NCBI GenBank assembly: GCA_951804945.1
Contig: OX638149.1
Location: 51,584,001 to 51,648,000, forward strand
Direction of reading: 5' to 3'
From: Podarcis cretensis
Taxonomy: Eukaryota
DNA length: 64,000 nt
A model generated the notes under the pieces. It was not told where the DNA came from, did not search any database, and saw nothing but the letters and a program-made list of their open reading frames with translations. Position 1 is the first letter of the stretch, and every line of letters begins with the position of its first letter. This document shows positions 39,134 to 52,200 of the stretch, piece by piece. A program made the translations under genes and the position numbers.

Positions 39134-39576
39134 TACTATGCAGGAAAGTTTAAAGCTTTGCAAATTAATAAATAATGCCCTACTCCTTTCTCCTATGATA
39201 GAGCCCAGTAAGCATTTGAAAATGCTCATCGGCAATGGCCATCCCACAAAGTATGGAAGCTTAGCCCCAAATTTCAAATCTGGTGACTTAACTGGGGTCA
39301 TGTCTTACTAACTTGTTTGAATTTTGAAGTGAAAGCTTGGAAGGTATTGGAATAGCTAACCGACTAGCAGATAGGGCATATACAGGAGGAGAAAGTAAAA
39401 TAAATCTCACGAGGACAAGAAGAGTGCTTTGAGTTACAGGCTTCATCTTGTATATTTCCTATCCTTGGATGAGGATGAAAATGTTTCACAGTGCATAGTT
39501 TTGGGATTAGAATTGATTCTTCAAAGGTAGCTACTACTTGCCCTAGTGCTAGAACGTTTCTACTAATTTGACTTGT

Positions 39577-39595
39577 TTGCCACCAGAGGGCAGTC
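39577..39595 (+). promoter_or_regulatory. CTCF-like motif TTGCCACCAGAGGGCAGTC
   Basis: Matches the CCASYAGRKGGCRS core. Confidence 0.5.
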
Positions 39596-39861
39596 GAACC
39601 CTGCAGCTGATGTCAGCTTTCATGGCCTAGCCATCCAATTTCTCTGCCAGTACAAGGAGAAAACAACAGTTTCTTGTTAGAATGGGGTGTGCCTTGCTGA
39701 GAGGGAGCTCTGAGCTATAATACTGATAAAGAGTAAAAAGGAGTAGGTCACACGTTGAGCTTGTGGAGGAAGGTGCTTAAACAGCTATGTTTCGTCAACG
39801 CCTACATGGCTTCAGTTACAAGGGCTGGAAATAAGCTTGTACTCCCATGCATATCTATCCA

Positions 39862-42800
39862 TCAGTTCTCAGAGGAATCTGTCTCTTCGGTGGAGCCGTC
39901 GCTTTCCGCATCCATTTTCCGGCGGTGGAGGAGAGGCCTCCAAGGGGAGCTGAGGCGGAGAGAGGGGCGGGAAGGCACATTGGTCGCATCCCCGCTGGCA
40001 GGGTTGGAATTGGAAAGGGAGAGCCCGGAAACCTGAGCTACCCTGCAAGAAGAAAAATGGGGCTGAGAGATTTGTCATTGCAGAATCTTGTGCACTAGTA
40101 CGTGGGGGAAGGGATGTGGCTCACACGTTGCCGTCAGGGCTCTTCTGCCACATGGAAGACTTTATTATGTTTGCAACAAGCCAAGAGCTTCCTCTGCTGG
40201 CATATAGCTTCCACTTCCTAAACTGCTCTTGTTTAAATGACAGGACTCTTGACTTGCACAGCTAAGGCTGCCTCCTTAGAAGCCTCTGGGTCTCTTTTAA
40301 GGTGGCTAGCCAAACTGCTGTGTGAGACACCTTTTGCACTCTTGCACAGGTGCTGTTTCTTGGGATTAGACTTGGGCTGGAAAATCTTCCAGTCCTCCAT
40401 GCCAATTAGCAGTAACTGCTTAAAAAGGCAATTTGCCGTCTCATCAACTGCACCACTGAGCTGAGACGGATCCAAAGAGGAGTCATGCTGTATAACCTGT
40501 GCCTGTAGCTCAGGGGGAAAATGCATATTTTATAAACTGAAGGTGTTGGGTTCAGTCCCTGGCATCTGCAGACAGGGGTGGAAATGTCCTTGAAGGAAGA
40601 GGCACTGCAGAGTAGACTACTGAGCTAGAGGGACATGTTGCCTGACTCTGCTTTCTCCACTGGAAAAGGGACTTACAGTTTCTCCAGTTCCTGATCCATA
40701 TGTGGGTCAAGCAGCAAGTCTGCCTTATCTGGGAGAGCACCTGGAGGAGGAAAAAAGCAACAAGGTGAAGATCAGCCTGACACTTCAGCAAAAGCTTCTG
40801 TCATCCATATGCCATAGGAACTTGACAACTTCTATGTCCATTGTGTGTGCTTTTCAGCTGTTCATAATGCAAATAGAGCCTTCTGCAGAGTGGATGATAC
40901 ATCCCTTTGAGAACATGCAGTTAAGTCAAGGTGATGCTGGTCAATCTCTTTCCCAAAACAATGGGATTTGCGGGTACTCAGTTATGTTAACTGTTTGATT
41001 ACCTTTTACATGCTCTATTACTTGTTTTCTTGCTTAGAAGGAGCTACATGATCTCGGCCGCTTGTAACAAGGGTGCCTATGCAGCTGTCGTCTTCTGAGG
41101 GATGCCTCATAGAAAATCTAACACATAAACTAAAACACATAAGCTGAAAGCAAGCACCCTTGCCGCTGTCTTTCCATTGTGTCTTCACAGAAACTGTGCA
41201 ATTGTGTAGAATGAAATCCTGATGGCCTGCTTTCTTGCTGCAAAGAAGTATTGATAGGAGACAACTTGCCTTAACCCTTTCTGCTTCCCACAATGTACTG
41301 GATGCATGTTTGCAAGAGGGTAAATAAAGATGTAGTGGCTTGGGGTGGGAGCTAAGCTGGGAGAGCCACTAAACTAGATGGACCAATGGTCTGACCACAG
41401 GAAGGCAACTTCCTGTGTTCTCTGACGCTCCAAGAAATGGGGTTCTTCAGCACCCCTGGCTCCATGTCACAGAAGCCTGCAGCAGCCAAGAAAATGCTCC
41501 TGCCTGCCGCCAGCCTTCCACAGCCTCAATTAGCTGAACCCAGCCAAATGCTGGTCATCTTCCTGCATGTATAAGAAAGTCTCCTGGGACGCCTGAATCT
41601 CTTGGGAGAGTCAGTAGGCAGCACTTAGAGGACTGGTGAATCAATATTGACGTGAGGCTGGGCGTTGCCATCTGCCTGAGAAACTCATGCGCTGTGCTCT
41701 AATCCCTGTCTCTCATCATGGCAGGGCTAACCCTAACCCTGCAGACCAAAGCCTATTCAAATCAGCCTGCGTGCAGGGAAGATGAAAAGGCACCAGGAGA
41801 AGAATCCGGCTTCCCTTGCCAAGACGAGAGCACCTGTTCGACTTGCGGCTGCTGCCCCTCCCTGTGAGAGGCCTCGGCAGGAAGCTGGCAAGAGGCCAGG
41901 CCTTCCTTAATGGAAGGGAAAACCCAGGCACTTTGTGCATGGCACAGCAATGGCAGTGGGCAGGGCTTGCTCAGCCCATATGTTGGCTTTGCACCTTTAC
42001 TGGAAAGTGGCTTTTGCAGACCTGGCTGGGCACAGTCCAGGCGCCCTCTTCCTCCTGTGAATGGATGTCTCTCTAAGCCTGTTTGCAGAGGGGATTGCAG
42101 GCTTGTATGCTCTGTCCCCTTTGATATATAATCTCCTTGCTGCTGGGTAAACAGCCCTGCACCAGGAGAGCATTAGCAGCTCAGATGGCTGGCTGAGGCA
42201 CAGGGAGGGAGAGAGCAGCGCTGGCTGTGCTGTGACTTAGACCCTTGGCAGGCAGCTCACACGGGCCAGAAAACGAGACAGGGCAGAGGGACTGAGAAGC
42301 AGCTTCGTACAGGGACTTGCAATGGGTTGAAGATACTCAGAAGTCACTAGTACTCCTCTGCAAGGCCTGGCAACAAGCTCCAGTAACATATGAATGGTTA
42401 ACTTGTCCCGGAAAGACACTACATTCTCAGAGGGGCACAGACACTTTCCTAGTCTTACCAAACCTAGCTGGAAGCACAGATGTACCTTTGCAGGTATGAT
42501 GATGAGAGTTCAGGAACAACACAACTCTGGGAAGTGTGTGTAAGTGCCCAGCTAAAGCAAATTCTCTCTGATAATAGAGAGATGTGGAGCTTCTTATTGA
42601 GACAGGTGCGTTCCATGTTTGCTTTTACACTTTTTTTTTTAAAAAAGAGACAAATCAGCATTTTTAGAAAAGAAAATATGGGGTCTGTAACCTATATATG
42701 TTGGCTAAGAAAGGAAGTGACCCCATATTTACCTACTGGGCACAATTTATCCTTCTCATTAAAGGCAGGACAGGGGATGTATATATTGGGAGGGAGAGGA

Positions 42801-45800
42801 GGATATATGTACAGACTTTCAAGTCTATATTTGCAACAGGAACTAGGAATTGCTGAATTTAGCATGCCTTACCTAGCATTCTGCATGTAGACTTACAGAA
42901 TAGACAGAGTCCTGATTACACCTCAGCCCATGAGGCAAGAGAAAAGGAAGACAAAATCACCAGTATTTTGGGCGATGAGAGGCATAGCAATGAGGAGAAA
43001 TTAGCAGCATCTCTCTCAACTCTGGGGTAAGCCCAGATTCACAACTGAAATGTGAACAGCAGCAAATCAAATGCCAACTCTGTCATCAGTATTGTCTGTT
43101 CCCCAGCCTTCCTCTGCTCTTTTCATTTTTAAGATTGCTGCACTCATGCTCACTCATGGGCTTACCAGTTAGAACAAAGGAAACATTTTTAAAGTGCAAG
43201 ACTGCTCTAGAGTTGGAACCAGGAGCATTTCTTCATGGCACCATGGGGAACCAACCAATCAGCATAACATGGATCAGGCTTCTGCTGCAAATCTGAATAC
43301 CTGACAGCCAGCCACCCCCATCCCGGGCCCTACCCCCAGTTTATCCCTGGAGAGGAAGAGGTGTGGCTGGACTGAACACAGGGAGGGAGGTTCCAGACTC
43401 ATCCCAGCTGGTTCCCATAGTTCCCGTGTTACATCTTTCTTCCCCCTTCTTTGCTCAGCCCTGGGACTTATGGGTTTGTTGCGGGAACAGCTCTCCTCCC
43501 TATTCTTGATTTCAGGGAGTAAGAGCAGGAAAGAGAGATTTCATAAAAGAAAGGCTTTCAGATCACTAAGCTAGGGAAAGAAATGGGACCATGCTGCAAG
43601 GTTTCAGTCTAATATAGGACAGAACCTAACAATAGCTGGAAATTTAGCACAAAGGAATACATGAGATTAAATGTGAAATCTGATGGGCTCACTTTAGCCA
43701 ATCATAATTCATTTGATCCAGTCCAGGCCACAAATGACTGGGCAAACAATTAAACTCACTTCCCTCATTTTGCAGAAACAAATCAACAAATGTATACTCA
43801 GCAGACGGTTGCAACCAGTCACAGCTGCCTGACAAGGGGACCGGTATGAAACCCATGTTTCCAAACACGCCTCTGCCACAGTCACACTTTACAACTAAAA
43901 GATAATGCATGATGTGGTCTTTGGGCAACTGGAAGGAATTAAAGCAGTTTAAATGAAGGGTTTTTCTTTCTTTTTTTGTACTGTCCCGCTTGCCTTTCTT
44001 GACTGATTCATTCCAAGTTCCTTTACTCCAAAGGGACCTTTCTAAAATTCTCCTACATTGTTTTTCTGGCATATTTGGTCATGGCAAAGGCATTTTTCTC
44101 AGTGGTCACTTTAAAACCTGCTGTCAACTTCCCTAGACCACATCATTGCGGGGGAGATGGAAGAAACAGGGTGGGACTTTTCTTTACCGAGGGCTCTGTT
44201 GATCCCATGATGCTTTGCAAGAGCCATCAGAAATCCATAGAAGGTCAGTCTCTGCACACTGCTCAGAACTTCCTTCACAATAGCAGATGGGGGACAACTA
44301 GGCAAACAAGAGGAAGACAGGAAGAAATTGTGCTGCATCAGTTTCAGCAATTTCAGCTTATGGATGGAGGGATGGATCAGGTGTCACTTTGCAACATGAA
44401 GCTGTCTTTTAAAAGGACGCAGGAGGAAATAATCTCCCCATAACTCCCTCTGACTCTGGCCATGCGTGAATTGGGCTGGACCCCCTTGCCTCAAGGGATT
44501 TTGGTGGGAGCTGCCGCCTGGCATGTTACCAGTAAGGGAAGACTCATTTCACCATAGTCTTGCCAGGATCCAATCAGTTAGTCCCATTCCCTTGCCTCAG
44601 GGGAGGACGACTGCCCGCTGTGGCATCAAGGAAGAAGGACAAGGACAGGAAATGATGCCTGGACAAGCCTGGCTCTGTGTGGACCCTGTACAATTCCTGC
44701 TTCTGTACTAGATTTGAACATGGCTTTAATTTTTGAGAATCTTCTGTGAGCTGCTTTGAGAGTGTCTTGGGGCTATAAAGTAGGGTATGAATAAATAATC
44801 TCCACAGGCAACCATGATTGCCTTTTAATGTGAGGAGGTGAAAAGTGCTTTGCTGAAGGGCATTTCCCAACAACTTTGACCAGCAGGTACTACAATCCAT
44901 TTCTGTCAGCGCTGGCATAGCTCTCATACTGAAGGAAGGATACAGTCAGCACTGTTTCTATTGAGAAATGGGCCCTATTTCACGCTCAGCCTGAAATGCC
45001 CTCGATGGGCCTGAGAATACTGGGTTACTCTTAAGTCAAAAGACCCTCTGGCAGAACTCAGAGTTAAGAGGGGTCTCAAAACGTGCTCACTTGTTACAGG
45101 GAAAACTGCCTTTTTGCAGCTGTGTGCTCCTTGAGAAGCTGGTATCATAATTTCTGACACCCATCTAACTATCAGTGGTACTTAGCCGTGCTAGTTTCAG
45201 AGAGCAGAGAGGCAGCATTGGGCTAAGGATACAGGGCAACTTGCCACATCTCAGTTCCTAGATGTGATGAGTGTCTTTGCCTAGACTTCAGGGAGCCCCT
45301 CCCCTCCCTGCAAGGTAGGCAAAGATGAACCATGGTTTATTCATGTTAGCCGGTCACAAGCCTTACCTGTATTTGGACCTGTCACACAGAGACTCAAGGC
45401 ACTGGTAAAATGCAGATGCCTCCACCCCATCGAGCAGGCTGCACTCACTTAGAGTCTGGCGTGAACGATGCTGCCCAGAGGATGATGTAGGCACAATGAC
45501 GGTGTTTGGGTTCTTGCCCGTCAAGAGCTCTTGATAGATGGCAGCCACACTTTCAATGAACTCTGTGAGAACGGAAAGGCAACTTAGAAATCATGGTTAT
45601 TGGCACACATGGGAATTCGCAAGGGTTGGGGACATGTGTAGCAAATCGATCCCATTCTTCCTCCTGCAGTTACTTACGCATGATATTGGCAAAGAAGCCT
45701 TAGAGCATGCAATACTGTGATTTTACTTGTGTTACTATGTGATGAGGACCCAAAAGGCCTTAGTGCAGGGGACGCCAACATGGTTCCCTTCACATGGTTT

Positions 45801-48800
45801 TGGACTAATACTATGGTATGTATTTTTGTGTTTTTATATTGTAAACTGCCTTGTGATCCTCGGATGAAGGGTGGTCTAGAATTGTAAAAAACAACAAAAC
45901 AAAACAAAACAAAACAAAACAAAACAAAAAAACAAGCAGCCCCATCATCCCTGGCCATTGGCCATGCTGGCTGGGCCTGGTGGGTGCTGTAGCCCACAAC
46001 ATCTGGGAGGAAATCACACTGGCAACCTCTGTGCCTTCGTGACACAGCCTAGCACTTAGCCTTTTCAGGATGGGACAAGAAAGCCACAAGAGGATTTCAC
46101 AGGGCCACCTCTGAAAATCTTGTGGATGAATTGCAGGTCCTGCTCTTTGAGTGTGCTTTTTAAGAAAAATTCCTTCCAACTTTAATTCTACGAAGGAGAG
46201 TGAAAGTCAAGGCCACCCAATCAGACCAGCTTCTTAAACACGCAAACTTCCATGGTCACAGAGATAAACACCACCCAAGTTAGGAAGAAGCTGTTTGGAA
46301 TTGTTGGAGGAGGCAAGGGAGTTGGGTCAAGCAGTCTCCAGCCTGCAGCCCAGTGTACTTCAGCACAAATCCAAAGTAAACACAAGACAGGGTCCAAAGG
46401 GAAAATTAGGGGGAGAAGCTGGCCGAAAGCATTTCCCCCCAGGCTCCAAACCTTCCCCGCTGTTTACTCCCAGAATCTAAATTTAAACAAGTTTGTTTAT
46501 GGACCTGGTCAGCCATTTACAGATGTAGATTCCACACTGAGTGGTTTGCATGCATGTGGGCTGGTAGGGTAGCCTGGAAAGCTGACGTGCGCAGATGAGC
46601 ATGGAAGTGGTGACCTGTGGTCTGTGTCTGCCGACCTCTACGCACACAACTACAGCCTGGAAGGCTATGATGCGTCACGAAGATGGGTGGCTTTCTAAGG
46701 TTATCCTGAAGGTCCAGAGTTTAGAGCAGCTTTCAGAACATGCTGCATTCTTGAAATGGACCCCATTCACGCAGGAGAGAGTGACTGAGAGAGGGGCTCA
46801 TTATCTGCTGTGCATTTGGATTCCATCCCTGCCCAGAGATAAACAACAGAGAGGTGTGTTGTAAGGATGAAGGAATTTAGCACACGATTCCATCTTCCAG
46901 AGGCAATAAAATGTAAACAGGCATTTCCACACGGTTACCATGAATATACACTGTTCCCAAATTTCAGGGTTTTTACCCCTGACAGGTGCTAGAGTTTTCA
47001 CTCAGACCCATTCTCTCGCTGGTTACCATCAGAAAGGAAACTGCTTTCCAGAAATAAAATACTTGAGGCTGCTTCAAGCATTTTGAATTTGCTACATGTA
47101 AAGGGTTTTTGTGAAGATGTGAGAAAACCATGTACATGATGCCTATTTGTGGTCGTGCTGGTTGTATATTGATATTTTTCTTCTCCAGGTGTTTTGGGTT
47201 ACAATGCAATCTGAGGCAGCATGGCCAGTGTTCAGGTATGGCGGGTGCACATATCAATGGAGGTTTGTTCACAACAGGTTTTTGATGGGGTTACACAGAA
47301 TCAGGTGTGTGGTTTGGGGGTGCTCCTGGGCATAGTGTTATTTATGGAAGTGACCTCAGTGGCTGGGAGTGGCTTCTATCAGTTTGGGTTCATTCACCAA
47401 CTGCAGCCTTGTCTGGAGAAAGTGGAGCTGGCCCCAGTTGCACATGCATTGGTTACATCCAGACTAAACTACTACAGTGATTTGCATATAGGACTGCCTT
47501 TGGAGACAGTCCAGAAACTTCTGCCTTTGGAGACAGTCCAGAAACTTCAGCTGCTACAAACTTCAGCTGCCAGAATGCTTGTGGGAGTAGACAGTTTGAT
47601 CACATCATACTGATTTTGCATCAGTTGCTCTTGCCACCAATTTGTTTCTGGGCTCAGTGTGAAGAACTGGTAGGTAAAGGTAAAGGTAAAGGTACCCCTG
47701 CCCGTACGGGCCAGTCTTGACAGACTCTGGGGTTGTGCGCCCATCTCACTTAAGAGGCCAGGGGCCAGCGCTGTCCGGAGACACTTCCGGGTCACGTGGC
47801 CAGCGTGACATTGCTGCTCTGGCGAGCCAGAGCCGCACACGGAAACGCCGTTTACCTTCCCGCTGGTAAGCGGTCCCTATTTATCTACTTGCACCTGGAA
47901 CTGGTGGTAACCTTTAAAACCCTGAACAGTTTAGGACCAGATTATTTGAAGCGCTGCCTACACCCATATGAACCCACCCAGGCTAAGGACCTCCTACTAA
48001 GGTTGGCAAATACCAAAAACAGGGCCTTTTCAGTGTCAGCTCCACACTTGTAGAAGAACTCTGCTTGTCCCCTTTTCTTGTCGTTCTTAAGCAGACTCTA
48101 AAGACTTCTTTATTTCACCAAGCTTCTTATTTTTCAAGCTGGACTCCTGTATATGCTTTTATCTTGTGTATTTTTATTGTGCTATTTGTCCATTGTTTTG
48201 CAAAAGCCACCTTGCGAGGGCTTGCCTTTAAAGGAGAGGGTAGAAATATATAAACCAATAATAATAAATATACGGTGAAATGGATGCAAAGTTCACACAT
48301 GAGGAGGAGCCACATGTACTTTTCATGCTTTAACTTCAGTGTTTTCTGGAAATGAGTTGCGTCCAAAGTGTCTCTCTGACTCAGGCATGTGTAGAGTGAA
48401 TGATCTTCACATGCAGTTCTCTATCAGGAGGATCTGTGTTGTAGGACAAGGCTTCCTGGCCCGTGTTGCCCACACTCCTGCCACACTCCTGTCTATTGTA
48501 GCTGCACAGGAGGACAGTGGCACCATGAGGGCAGGGCCACACTCAGCAGAGTGAAGTGCAGGGCTGCTGTCTTATCACGTTTTGAAGTTAAGTGAAGCAA
48601 TACATATTACCATGTAAAAAGGGGTGGGTGGGCAATGGTGTGAAACTGCTAAGTCCAGAGTCTACAATCCTAAATGGGTCACCGTAGTAAGAGAGACTAG
48701 GTTAGTAAGATGGGTTCACCTGAGTAGTAAAACTGGATCTGGAGGGCAAACAGGAAGTCTGAAAAAGACATCAAGCAGTCCACAGCATCATCCATGAGAA

Positions 48801-49231
48801 CAATCCTGGAATGGAGAAGGAGAGACAGATAGTTCAACAACAGCCAGTTGCTATGCCAGGTAACTTACAGCTGAGGCCAAGTTCACAGGAAGTGAGCAAG
48901 GACTCTTCAGAGTCACAAAACGAACTCACAAAGAGGGTCACAGCCCTTTATAGACTAGAACAGATGCACAAGCTTCCATGGACTGGAATCCTAGGAATTA
49001 CCTCTGCCTATTTCCCAAAGCAGGTGATGGGAGGCAGAGCCAAAAGTGGGGCGAAACACCTTTCCTCTCTCTCCCGGTGTGCCACTGTTCTCTCGCCTCT
49101 CTTCCATCTCACCCAGCAGGCTGCCAGGGAATGAATGAACAGAGGTCTAAACTGCCAGAGGTCTAAACTGATCACATGTCAAAGGCTTCCCTGTCTTCCA
49201 TCACTCCATCTCTTTTGGCTCTCTCCTAGCA

Positions 49232-49272
<41 letters not shown>

Positions 49273-52200
49273 TTCCTGCCTCCTGCTCTCTGAACTCCCA
49301 CCAACCACACAAATTTAGCTTGAAGGCTACAGGTTCACCACCTGTGGCTTCAGCTGTTTTGTTATAAACTGGCTAAATCTTTAAGGTGCCCTGAGACTGC
49401 TTCTGCTAAAACAGACAAGCGTGGCTATTGGGTTGATCTGATTTCATGGTGTGTGGAAGCAACATTAGAACCCTGTGGAAATAGAAATGAAACATTGAGA
49501 GCTGAGCTGCCTTCAAGAGACTGGGTGCTTTCAAGGAAGGAGGTTCTTAACTTATTTCACTTGTTCCTAAAAAGGTGGTGATGGAGGACCTTCCTGACAC
49601 CTAAACTTTGGAAACCCACAAGTATCAGTCCTGCTTTGGCCAGTACGAAATAAAAATGTCATACATGTAAGATACAGAATCACTAATTTTCTGACAGCAC
49701 ATTCTGGAATCCTAAAAGAATGAAGGACACATTGCCTTCTGCTATCTTGGTTTAGCAATAATGGCCAAGTACTCTACACTTAAAGGATAAAACGAAGACA
49801 AGATTGCAGCAACAAATTCCTCCTGTTCTGACCTTGGACAAACACAGCTAATGCTAGCAGGAAAGAAAAGGGCTTTACTGTGCCGATTTATGCTGCAGTT
49901 TCAAATAGCGTTGATATTTATTAAACTAGCAGAACAAGATGAAAGTGAAACCTGGGATGCTCCTATGAAGGATTCAGGAAATAATCCTTTGGTTCCCTTC
50001 ATGTCTCAAGTCTGGGCTGCTCACTACAATGAGTAGGGAGAAGGGAGCACTTTGTGGGGAGTGCATTAACTGTTTGGGACCCACATCTGTTTAGTGGATT
50101 CTGCAGGGAACATGGAACTATCATTTGTGTTTTATGCTTCCTACTTGGTGACAAACACTGGCATGGCTCTTAGTTTGCATCTGTTTGCCAGTTTCTGTCC
50201 ATATAAAGACCCCATGCACGAAATACACGAATAAGAGCTGACCTTGAGAATGGATAGACAAGAATCATAGAACTGTAGGGTTGGAAGGGGCCACTAGGGC
50301 TAGCTAGTCCAACCCCCTACAATGCAGGAATCCTTTGCCCAATGTGGGGCTCAAACCCACAACTCTGAGATTAAGAATCTCATGCTGTACCAGCTGAGCC
50401 ATCCCAGCCTAGAGAGATCCTGTTAGGGCAGCTGGGCCCACATCACAGCCTACGAACGCACCTATATACAGATATACAATTCACTCTTCATAAAACACGC
50501 AGGGTCAAATAGGGTGAGAACTCATTTTGCTTCCATAAACAGTAAGCTCTGTCATGGCTTTGGCAAACATCCTCCAGCATTTGTCCGTTCATATGGTTCT
50601 AACACAGAGCGAACTGTATCCTTCAAAGCAGGAATGCCTTTTACTGGGGAGGGTTTGGGACTAGGACCCCCTTATAATCCAGAGAGAAGTCATCAGTCCT
50701 GGGTTGCTCCAACTGGTGGAAGAGGCTTGTGGAAGCTGAGCAGGAGGAGGAGACGGAAGAGCGGCCGGACGCATCTGCGGGAAAGGCTTCCCTCTCCGCC
50801 ACTCGGACCAGCTCAGTTCAGTGAGGCAAATTCAAGCACACAGAGCAGCTTGAATTAATTATTGCCAAGAAGAAAGGCTACGGCTAAGAGGGTCCCCAGG
50901 AGAAAAGCCACTATTTAAAACAAAACCCTTTGAAGATGTTGAAGTGCTTCTGTTTTATTTATTATGTCCCAGAAACCGCCTCCTCCTCCTCCTCCTGCTG
51001 CTGTCTAGAGCGGCAGCAGCTCCAGTTCTTAATTCCCACTAATAAGCACGTTATGGAGATTGTCGGTGGCCACATCAAGGAGATGGCTTTGAAGCTGGAA
51101 GGCAGAGCATCTTCCATCTCCCAGGCAATGCAGCGCAGCCTCTGGCATCCAAAACCACTCTTCAAGCCCTTGGAAGTGCTACAGGCTGCATCGGTGCCTC
51201 AAAGCTTTGCCCCCCTCAGGTAGCCCCAACAAAGGCAGCAGGCGTCAGAGGAGAGGCTGAAAAGAAGTTACCAGGAAATCTCTGCTCCTGGAAGAAAGAG
51301 GGTGAAGAAAAAGCCAGGGGCACTGAAGTCATGCTGAGCTTCAGTGGTGAATTCAAGGTCTGACCCTTAATGGAGTCGACACTCCTTCTCTCCCCCCACC
51401 CCGCCCCAATTCTAGAAGTGCTGGAAGGCTGTGATAGTTGTCTGAAGCTCTGCAAAGGTATTTGAGGAAGCTAAATTAAGGGAAGACCATAAAGCTATGC
51501 CAGAAGGTGTCTTGAGGAAGCACCTAGCTGGAAGCAGGTGTCCTCTGGTGTTGGGTTACCGGCTCCAGTGGGCCCGAGTGTCTGTTCTCCAGAGAAGACC
51601 AGTTGTGGGTAGAGCCGGCCCAGTTGCTTAAGAAGAGGGTGAGCGACAGAGTTATTTCCCCAAGTGAACTGCTGGCTGCACAGCTGAAGCAACCTGTAAA
51701 GCACATGTTTATGCTTCTCCTAAAGAGCTGAATGGGAGGAAAATCTGAGGAAGTGGAGGAGCCACAAGAAAGGGACGTGGTCCTAATTTATGGCGACATC
51801 CTGGAGGTGGAAATGGACCGGCACTATCTCTCTAGAAAACAGATGTTTGTGGACAGGGGGAGGAGAAACGTCTCATCCTTCCCTTTCTATTTTTCATATT
51901 GCACTCCAAGCACAAGGTTACAGAGCCCAGGTTTTACATGTCCGTGTGATGCTTTGCATATTGTGGAGCACTCGATTTAATGCCTTTAGTTCATGACAAA
52001 ATCTAAAGAAACACAGAGGTGACAGAAGGACTACTAGCTGAAAGTAAGGCATGTTGTAGATCAGATGTGGTAGGCTGACTCTGCTTTTCTGTAAGTTAAG
52101 TCCCCTCTTCCTCCATCCATCCATCCATTTTATCAATTCCTACCTTCAGCATATTGTGAAAGTAGAGTCCGCTAATGGGGACATTTTTCTCCTAAGGTTG

